Virus record (IMG/VR): IMGVR_UViG_3300013126_001527
Coordinates: 1 to 64,000 of that record
Source of the DNA: a virus
Reading direction: 5' to 3' (one strand)
DNA: 64,000 bases
The position numbers and the translations under genes were made by a program. This document shows, piece after piece, positions 56,769-64,000 of this stretch. Numbering within the stretch: the first letter of the stretch is position 1; every line of letters starts with the position of its first letter. The notes under the pieces are model-generated. The model was not told the DNA's origin. It searched no databases and saw only the letters and a program-made list of their open reading frames with translations.

Positions 56769-57492
56769 ACTATTAGAAGGTGGTAATATTTTTAAAACAG
56801 CAGATGGTCAACCTGCCACTACACGTATTGCTCGAGATAATGTTGTACCCACAGTGCAATGGTTAGAACAACTCACTGGATTAAATCTTGTAGACAATAT
56901 GCTAGGATCAACTAGTCGCAAAGAAACAAGTGGTGACTTAGACCTAGGTGTAGATAGTACTAAAATTTCTAAAGAAGTATTAATACAGCAACTACTTCGT
57001 CAAGGTATTCCGCAGACAGATATACGTAAAACAGGTGACAGCGTGCATCTAAAAACTCCTATCTTAGGTGATCCAAGTAACGGATATGTACAAACTGACT
57101 TTATGTTCAGCGACAACCCACAGTTCCAAAGTTTTAGCTATGCTGGCACTGGCGCAGGCGAGTTCAAAGGTGTGCATCGTAACATCTTGCTGGCCAGCAT
57201 TGCCAAAGCACTAGACATGAAATGGAGCCCAAAATTTGGTTTGGTCAACCGAGAAACTAACGAAGTAATTAGCAACAATCCTCAAGAAATAGCTAAAACT
57301 TTAGTCAACGGTACTGTGCAGGATTTGGCATCAGTTGAAACTATAGTAAATAAGATAAAGAACCAAGCAAACTACGAACAACTTGTAGCAGACGCAAGGG
57401 AATATTTTGCTCGTGATAATTTAGTATTGCCAGAGTCGGCACCATTACCAGGCACCGGTGCCTGGTTTAGATTGTGGAAGGATCAACTATGA
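56758..57492 (+). CDS. Nucleotidyltransferase-like (Pol-beta fold) protein
   Basis: LGS...SGDLDLG and VQTDFM acidic triad; leader MVTKLLE|GGNIF. Confidence 0.6.
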   Translation: MVTKLLEGGNIFKTADGQPATTRIARDNVVPTVQWLEQLTGLNLVDNMLGSTSRKETSGDLDLGVDSTKISKEVLIQQLLRQGIPQTDIRKTGDSVHLKTPILGDPSNGYVQTDFMFSDNPQFQSFSYAGTGAGEFKGVHRNILLASIAKALDMKWSPKFGLVNRETNEVISNNPQEIAKTLVNGTVQDLASVETIVNKIKNQANYEQLVADAREYFARDNLVLPESAPLPGTGAWFRLWKDQL

Positions 57493-58829
57493 GAGCACGT
57501 CAGTTTATATTAGAATACAGCAGAGAAAAGACTGCCACGGTCTTTGGTAATAAACTCGTCGCTGCTGTAAGCAAAGATAAAAGTCATGATACCGCTATAG
57601 GTAAAATACGTGCTTTTATTGATCAAAAGACCAAAGTTGGCAGCGGTATTGAGCCAGAACAGCGTCAACAGATCTTAGATCAGGTCATGGCCATGTTAGA
57701 GTCAGCTGATCCTACCGCTAATAAAGAATATGTACAATGGTTAGCCAAAGTCTACGCCAACGAAGGCGTTATGATGGAAGACCTTGTGAGTAAGACTACA
57801 GAATGGTTACAAAAGTACGACCTGTACAAAAAGAAAAAGTTCTTTAAAGACAGCGATGCTAAATTGGCCAACATCATGAACTTGTCGTGGCGGGACCTAT
57901 GGGACATCAGTATACGTGCTGACTTTCAAATGCGTGTCCAACAAGCAGAAGAAAAAGCCATGCCCAAGGGCAACGCTGAGCAGGTCTACGAAAACGATAA
58001 GGTTCGCATTATTATTCCTAAAGATAAAGAAGCTGCCTGCTACTATGGACAGGGTACCACATGGTGTACAGCCAGTACACAAAGTACTAACTATTTTAAC
58101 AGCTACAGCAAAGACGGTCCCTTGTATATTCTACTGCCTAAACAGCCCCAGTATGAAGGTGAGAAGTATCAACTACACTTCCCTAGTGGCCAGTTCATGG
58201 ATGAGCAGGATCGCAACGTAGATGATATTATAGAACTATTAGACATGCGTTTTGGCAATCTAGTAGACTTCTTCCGTGAGCGTGAACCGCAGATCAACGA
58301 TTGGCTGGTGTTTACTCCAGATGAAATACTAGAACCTTTGATCGCTAAGATTAAAACCGCAGTCAACGATCATGTACATGAAAAGGTCAACGAATGGGAA
58401 GTAGAAGACGACTACTGGTGGGAGTATTTACGTAAACAAGGTTACGTATACCCAGAAGGGCATGAAGAAGAAGGTGGCATTGATTGGGATGCCGTAGCAG
58501 ATGCTGACGAAAGTTATACCAGTTGGAACTACGAAGCCAGTGACTACATTAGTAGAATAGTTGGTGCTGTGGATCTATCTCCACAGGAAGTACGCAATCT
58601 AGCAGAGGAAGTAGGTCGTGAATGGGGTGCTGATACCCAGGGCATTGATGACCTAGATAAAATTATGGCCTATGCTATTGAACAGACTAACAACCGCAAC
58701 GAGGGTGATGGTGGCGTAGCAGAGTGGATCAATGATCACATCTACATTAAGAAACGTGACGGCCAATGGGATGTCAGCTTGTTGTACACAAACAAAGACG
58801 GCAAGCGTACAGAGTACCCAATACATTAA
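57489..58829 (+). CDS. Hypothetical protein, putative head-packaged
   Basis: Leader MRARQFILE; ADPT..KEY.QW; ACYYGQGTTWCT; KYQLHF..QFMDEQD. Confidence 0.6.
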   Translation: MRARQFILEYSREKTATVFGNKLVAAVSKDKSHDTAIGKIRAFIDQKTKVGSGIEPEQRQQILDQVMAMLESADPTANKEYVQWLAKVYANEGVMMEDLVSKTTEWLQKYDLYKKKKFFKDSDAKLANIMNLSWRDLWDISIRADFQMRVQQAEEKAMPKGNAEQVYENDKVRIIIPKDKEAACYYGQGTTWCTASTQSTNYFNSYSKDGPLYILLPKQPQYEGEKYQLHFPSGQFMDEQDRNVDDIIELLDMRFGNLVDFFREREPQINDWLVFTPDEILEPLIAKIKTAVNDHVHEKVNEWEVEDDYWWEYLRKQGYVYPEGHEEEGGIDWDAVADADESYTSWNYEASDYISRIVGAVDLSPQEVRNLAEEVGREWGADTQGIDDLDKIMAYAIEQTNNRNEGDGGVAEWINDHIYIKKRDGQWDVSLLYTNKDGKRTEYPIH

Positions 58830-58830
58830 T

Positions 58831-59280
58831 ATGAGAGCTGAAGAGTTTAATACAAGCAAATTTAATTGGGCAGACTACGCTGATATGCCTACTAAAGATA
58901 AACTTGAACTAATCGAAAGTCTGTACTCGGGATCGAAAAATTTATTTGAGTCCAACGACGCTGAACAAGTTGATTATTTTTTTAATTTACGGGCCATGTC
59001 TGATCCTGTTGAATTAGACCAAACCTATATTGTAAACTTTCTAGGTTTAATAAACAATCGTGTTTTAACATTACAAGATCCGTTTGTAGGCAAAGTATTA
59101 CAACAAGTTGAAGATCAGTTTGAGATTGAATTACCTGACGGTAGAACTGCTATGTTCCCAGACAAATCACTCAGCGATAAGATGGCTACTTCTATGTTTT
59201 TCTTTGCTGGAAATGTATCGTACGACAAATTTAGAACAACAGTTAAATTAAAATTTAGCAAGGATTTACCAAAGATTTAA
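58831..59280 (+). CDS. Hypothetical protein
   Basis: Leader MRAEEF; internal LFE|S. Confidence 0.55.
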   Translation: MRAEEFNTSKFNWADYADMPTKDKLELIESLYSGSKNLFESNDAEQVDYFFNLRAMSDPVELDQTYIVNFLGLINNRVLTLQDPFVGKVLQQVEDQFEIELPDGRTAMFPDKSLSDKMATSMFFFAGNVSYDKFRTTVKLKFSKDLPKI

Positions 59281-59282
59281 AG

Positions 59283-59360
59283 AACACCACCTTAGGACCT
59301 GTTATTCGTAACGGTACGGTGTTGGCGGCTGCTGCCATGGAGGGATGCCAAAAGTGAGCA
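59283..59360 (+). ncRNA. Candidate structured RNA (unnamed)
   Basis: GC-rich intergenic island; AACACC/GGUGUU stem, UUCG-capped hairpin, GGC-UGCU-GCC hairpin whose loop complements terminal AGCA. Confidence 0.5.
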
Positions 59361-59369
59361 CAGGATATT

Positions 59370-60536
59370 ATGAGAGCACGTGATTTTATTAAAGAACTAA
59401 GACGAAATCCAGAACAAAATGTTCGCGTGTCTGGTTGGGATCAATTTGTTCAAATATACAATCAACACAAACAACAAGGCAACCCCAGCAACTTATATAT
59501 CAGCCTAACTGAATTAGAAAAGTTGGGCATTAATCCATTAAGTGAACACGAAACACCAAATGGTGTTTATGCTTATCCTGCAGACTATGTAATCAAAACT
59601 AAAAGTTTTGAGGACTTGCCCTATGCTGGTGATCAAAAATGGGTAAATGTGTTTACAGTTACTCCAGAAGCTAATATTCTTAAAGTTGATACCGTGGGTT
59701 CAGATGAAGTTAAAGAATACTTAAAACGATTAGTCACTGCATACCCAGAACGAGCAGATGAAATTAAACAATTTGCTAAATCAGCTCCTAAGGAAGCATT
59801 TGCCAACGATGGATGGGATGATATTCCTAATCGCAAAAAACTCAAAAAACTGCCTGGTGCTCAACTATGGTATATAACCTTTGAGTTGAGCGAATATGAC
59901 TCCAATCTTTGGAACAAACTGTTTAGAGTTATGGGCATTGATGGCGTAGCGGATTCTGGCATGGGCATTATCCATCATATGGAACCTGTTCAAGCCGTGT
60001 TCTTTAATCCTAAGGCAATTAAGATGATTGGCAGATTCCCAAACTCTGCCGCTCCAACAGAAAAGTCTATAACTAACCGTCGCAAAGAAGGGCAACAGCA
60101 AACTCAGACTAAACGAAATCTTAACTCAATGAGCGAACGAGATCAAATTGAGTGGATGAATAGAAACCACTACCACGAACACTTTAGATATATCAGAAAC
60201 CCATCACCTAAAGTCCAAAAAGCAGCTATTAAATTAGACCCAAGAAATATTTTATGGATTAAAAATCCAAGCCCAGAGTTATTAATGTATGCTGTTAAGA
60301 AGGAACCGCATCTATTAGATCATTTCAAAAATCAAACATTTGAATTACAGATGGCTGCTATAGGTAAAGATTGGTCTAACATTGAATACTTAGATCATCC
60401 TTTGCCGCAGACAGTTCAACAGGTTATGAGCATGATACCTCGCAAAGAGTTAGAACAACTATATCAAGATCAAATTGAATATATTGAAAACGGGTGGGGA
60501 AATCCTCCTTATTCTTGGTTACCTCCTCTTAGATAA
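59370..60536 (+). CDS. Hypothetical protein with C-terminal helical repeats, putative head-packaged
   Basis: Leader MRARDFIKE; LGINP...TPNGVYAYP; GIIHHMEPVQAVF; repeats like IRNPSPKVQKAAI. Confidence 0.6.
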   Translation: MRARDFIKELRRNPEQNVRVSGWDQFVQIYNQHKQQGNPSNLYISLTELEKLGINPLSEHETPNGVYAYPADYVIKTKSFEDLPYAGDQKWVNVFTVTPEANILKVDTVGSDEVKEYLKRLVTAYPERADEIKQFAKSAPKEAFANDGWDDIPNRKKLKKLPGAQLWYITFELSEYDSNLWNKLFRVMGIDGVADSGMGIIHHMEPVQAVFFNPKAIKMIGRFPNSAAPTEKSITNRRKEGQQQTQTKRNLNSMSERDQIEWMNRNHYHEHFRYIRNPSPKVQKAAIKLDPRNILWIKNPSPELLMYAVKKEPHLLDHFKNQTFELQMAAIGKDWSNIEYLDHPLPQTVQQVMSMIPRKELEQLYQDQIEYIENGWGNPPYSWLPPLR

Positions 60537-60545
60537 ATACTAATT

Positions 60546-63476
60546 ATGCGATACGAACAAATCAAACCCCTATTAGACGAAGCTGTACTTGACGAAGTCA
60601 AGATGAGCCCTAGTGCTCTACAAAAATTTGCCAACAGTCCAGAAGCAGAAGGTATGCTTATGGGTATAGAATTTGAAATGTGCGTGCCAAATGTTGCTGT
60701 AGATGACGACAGTGGCGACGGCGAATATGACTATGACATGGACGAACGTTGTTACAGCATAGATGATATTATAGAATTCTTCCGTAACGGTGAAATGTCA
60801 AACTTAGGTTCCAGCAGTGCTCAACGCCTACGCGAAAAGATGTGGGACGAATACCTAGACTGGACTAGTGATAAAATTGCAGACAATCTAGACACAGACG
60901 AATTGAATGAACGTGTTCGTAATCGTTTACGTGATGACATAGACTGGGAAGATTACGTTGATGATGCTCGTGAAGAACTAGGCGACGAAGTTCCTGACGA
61001 TAAAGTAGAAGAACGGGCTAAAGAACTAGCAGAAGAAGCATTAGATAATGAAATGAGTGATGCTAGTAGTCGCAACTACCAATATTACTACGACGAAATA
61101 CGCCAAGAGATGGAAGATGAAATGCGTGAAGATGCGGACTACGATCAAGAAGCGTGGTTGCGTGACATTGGCGTAGATTACATGAGCGACGCAGAACGTG
61201 AATGGAGCTTAGATTGGCCACACTGGAGTTACTATGGTAGCGACGGTGAAATGGATGTAGAAAGTGTAGGTGACGAGTTTGGTCGTAGTATGGGCTTAGA
61301 ATACGTAAACACATCAAACAACTACCACGGTGCTCGTCGTGATGGTAAAAACTGGATTGTAGAGCCAGATAGTTCAATTGACGCAGATTCAGGCGATGGT
61401 GGTTTAGAGTTTGTTAGTCCTCCTATGCCAATCAAAGACGGTTTAGAAATGCTACAAAAAATGTACAAGTGGGCCAAGGATAACGGTTGTTATACTAACA
61501 AGTCAACTGGCCTACACATGAACATTAGCGTTCCAGATATGACCATTGAAAAACTGGACTATGTTAAACTAGCCCTGTTCATGGGCGACGAACATGTGCT
61601 TAAACAGTTTGGTCGTCAATATAACAGCTATGCTAAGAGTGCTATGAGTAAGATTAAGGACCGTATTCGTCCAGAAGATGTTCCGCACGTACTAGCACAA
61701 ATGAAGCAACACCTAAACAGTCTAGCCAGTAAAACCATACACAGTGGTATTACAGACAAATACACTAGTATCAACACCAAAGACAACTATGTAGAATTCC
61801 GCGGCCCAGGTGGCGACTACTTGGATATGAATCCATTTGAGGTTACTAACACAGTCCTACGTCTGGCTATGAGCCTGCGTATTGCTACCAATCCAGAAGC
61901 ATACAAACAAGAGTATGCTAAGAAACTATACAAATTAGTAGAACAAGACGGTGACTGGACTGACCCCAATAACTCAGTGGCTCTATTCAGTCGTTATGCT
62001 CTAGGCGAAATTAACAAAGACGAATTAGTCAGTAATGTACGTCAGGCACAGGTAGCACGTAAAGAGAAGAAAGGCGAAGAACTACAGTTCTGGGTCATGA
62101 ACAAAGACGGCACGGGCGGCAAGCAGTTAGTGTTTGCTCAAAGTGAAACAGAAGCCATTATCAAAGGTGGCAAGCAGATGGGCATGAACCGTGAGAAGAG
62201 TATTAGCACGCTCAAAGCTGAGGTAAAATCTGCGCCTATTGATTTAGAAGGCATGAGCAAGGAAGAGTACTATCGTCAGGTCAACGATTTACCTACATAC
62301 ACATTAGAACAATTTGTCAATGAGATTAAAAAACGAGAACTCAGTACATTAGAAAAAGCTCTAGACACTGTTAAGAATCGTAGCATGAGTGGCGACTTAA
62401 GTGCTACTAACTACGAGTTCCTACAGGCAGTTATTGAGCGTGAAATTGCTCGTCGCAGTCTACCAGTTGATGACGGTGAGATGACACAGTGGAGAGTACA
62501 TATTACTCAAGGACCACACGCAGGTGTATCTACAATTATCAACGCACCAACACCACGTAATGCCAAGGTAGCGGCACAGGCTATATTCCGTAGTCAATTA
62601 AATGACGCATTTATAGATTACGACTATTTAGAAGCAAGAGAATATACTTTAGCAAGTAGATTACAAGTAGGTACACCAGAACCAGCAAATGCTCAAGAAA
62701 TATACGACAGTTTACCTAACACTTATAAAGCATGGTTAGATGGGTTAGAAGCAGGCGAATCCAGTGTAATACAAACTGTAATAGACAGTGTTGCCAACGA
62801 TACAGGGGCAAATGCTCAGGCATTAAACATAGAACAACGTGATTTAATTATCAGTAGAGCGCAGGCAGAACTACGTCGTCGTGGGCAAGCAACTCAAAGT
62901 AGCGAAGAAGAAATGACCCGCCCATGGCACGTATGGTTAGCAAATATACAGGATCATACAGATGATCAACTGCGTAATGCTCGACATGTCATGGCAGTTG
63001 GCCGAAATGAACCAGGTGCTCGTGGTGCTAGACTAACTGATCGTCAACGTCAGGCTATTGTAGATGAGATTGATGATGAGTTCCGCCGCAGATTAGCTAG
63101 AAGTATTGAACGCGGTGAACAAGCTCGTGCGGCACAGCAAGGTGATATTATAGCACCAGGACTAGGCGAGGTGGACCCGTTGGCGGCACAACAAGCAGAA
63201 TTAATCAACCGTGATGATCCTGTTACATCAAACGATCCTGAAGCTGATAGTCCATTAGAGGTGCCAGGACAAGGTACGCAAGAGTTTCAGATTGTAAATC
63301 CACACACAGGATCTATTGTAGCAGTAATACGTCAGGCTACCCTAGATCACGCTGTAAGTAAAGCACGTCAATGGGAACAAGACCTAGGCTTATCAGCAGG
63401 TGACTTAGAAGTTCGTCAAATTGGCGAAACTAACGAAAGTATTAATCAATTACGCAAATTAGCAGGCATTAAATAA
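60546..63476 (+). CDS. Putative amidoligase (COOH-NH2 ligase, Amidoligase_2-like) multidomain protein
   Basis: GIEFE, VEPDSSI, GLEFVSPP, STGLHMNIS, VEFR; acidic insert; leader ending LLDE; C-terminal LRKLAGIK. Confidence 0.75.
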   Translation: MRYEQIKPLLDEAVLDEVKMSPSALQKFANSPEAEGMLMGIEFEMCVPNVAVDDDSGDGEYDYDMDERCYSIDDIIEFFRNGEMSNLGSSSAQRLREKMWDEYLDWTSDKIADNLDTDELNERVRNRLRDDIDWEDYVDDAREELGDEVPDDKVEERAKELAEEALDNEMSDASSRNYQYYYDEIRQEMEDEMREDADYDQEAWLRDIGVDYMSDAEREWSLDWPHWSYYGSDGEMDVESVGDEFGRSMGLEYVNTSNNYHGARRDGKNWIVEPDSSIDADSGDGGLEFVSPPMPIKDGLEMLQKMYKWAKDNGCYTNKSTGLHMNISVPDMTIEKLDYVKLALFMGDEHVLKQFGRQYNSYAKSAMSKIKDRIRPEDVPHVLAQMKQHLNSLASKTIHSGITDKYTSINTKDNYVEFRGPGGDYLDMNPFEVTNTVLRLAMSLRIATNPEAYKQEYAKKLYKLVEQDGDWTDPNNSVALFSRYALGEINKDELVSNVRQAQVARKEKKGEELQFWVMNKDGTGGKQLVFAQSETEAIIKGGKQMGMNREKSISTLKAEVKSAPIDLEGMSKEEYYRQVNDLPTYTLEQFVNEIKKRELSTLEKALDTVKNRSMSGDLSATNYEFLQAVIEREIARRSLPVDDGEMTQWRVHITQGPHAGVSTIINAPTPRNAKVAAQAIFRSQLNDAFIDYDYLEAREYTLASRLQVGTPEPANAQEIYDSLPNTYKAWLDGLEAGESSVIQTVIDSVANDTGANAQALNIEQRDLIISRAQAELRRRGQATQSSEEEMTRPWHVWLANIQDHTDDQLRNARHVMAVGRNEPGARGARLTDRQRQAIVDEIDDEFRRRLARSIERGEQARAAQQGDIIAPGLGEVDPLAAQQAELINRDDPVTSNDPEADSPLEVPGQGTQEFQIVNPHTGSIVAVIRQATLDHAVSKARQWEQDLGLSAGDLEVRQIGETNESINQLRKLAGIK

Positions 63477-64000
63477 TGGCAAATACATTTTTAAGAAAAG
63501 TAAGCAGTAACGTTAGCACTGTAGAAACAGCCATTGGTAACTATACCGTTGGATCTAATGTTGGTGCGGTAGTAGTTGGTTTAAGTATTTCTAATACCAA
63601 TTTATCCCAAGTTTATGCAAATGTTCTTATTAGTAATGGTATTACCGGACATCACATCATTAAAAATGGTACTATACCTGCACAGGGTGCGTTAATAGTA
63701 GTTGGTGGAAGCCAAAAAATTATCCTACAAGAAGGGGATAGTATACAAGTATCTGCAACTGCAAATGTTGATGCAATTATGAATATCATGGAGACTGATT
63801 CCATTGGAGTGAGTACTGATCCCGTTAGTTACTCCGTGACTGCAAACGTAAATGGAGTCAATGAAAATCAAGCCATTGGATATACTATCTCTACACAAAA
63901 TATAGCCAACAGCACAACATTATATTGGCAGTTAATTGGAAACGTAGTAGCTGCAGATTTCAGTGACAGTGTGACGTCTGGGATCGTTACTATTAGTAAT
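63476..64000 (+). CDS. Virion structural protein, runs off window
   Basis: TAATG coupling; MANTF...IIKNGTIPAQGALIVVGGSQKIILQEGD, paralogous to 2014-2340; no stop before 64000. Confidence 0.7.
   Translation, partial: MANTFLRKVSSNVSTVETAIGNYTVGSNVGAVVVGLSISNTNLSQVYANVLISNGITGHHIIKNGTIPAQGALIVVGGSQKIILQEGDSIQVSATANVDAIMNIMETDSIGVSTDPVSYSVTANVNGVNENQAIGYTISTQNIANSTTLYWQLIGNVVAADFSDSVTSGIVTISN

Noticed and set aside
1-64000. CRISPR array, tRNA, rRNA, transposase, integrase, homing endonuclease
   Set aside because: No regularly spaced repeats, cloverleaf or diagnostic motifs recognised by eye; intergenic gaps are short; tRNAscan-SE would be the formal check

Overview
A 64-kb, AT-rich, densely coding, mostly + strand segment of a large T4-like (probably jumbo) tailed phage. 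The host is probably Gram-negative, because spanins and lipoproteins are encoded. The standard genetic code fits all ORFs. Order: (1-15.4 kb) tail-fibre/receptor-binding genes, including nine translationally coupled ~165-200 aa paralogues and two chaperone-like genes; (15.5-26.5 kb) early/accessory genes mostly behind near-consensus sigma70 promoters (methyltransferase-like, Trp-halogenase family, 2OG-Fe(II) oxygenase, DNA ligase, SleB hydrolase, GGCT, IF-1, two desaturases); (26.6-32.2 kb) baseplate/virion genes; (32.3-38.2 kb) MazG-like, stand-alone DnaE fragment, GroES-like, clamp loader, PhoH; (38.2-41.3 kb) lysis cassette; (41.4-46 kb) DnaJ, ClpA, glycosyltransferase; (46-63.5 kb) late genes, many with T4 internal-protein-like N-terminal leaders ending in [LIVMF]-x-E. 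Best leads: a probable programmed -1 frameshift (G GGA AAA TAG) extending the holin by 81 aa; a candidate head-packaged cargo system with a 971-aa polyprotein punctuated by about ten prohead-protease-type sites; the His-motif paralogue array; an unannotated structured RNA at 59283-59360; an RBS-sequestering hairpin enclosing a late promoter; and apparently leaderless late mRNAs. No tRNA, rRNA, CRISPR array, reverse transcriptase or transposase was recognised. All family assignments come from motif recognition by eye, not database searches.
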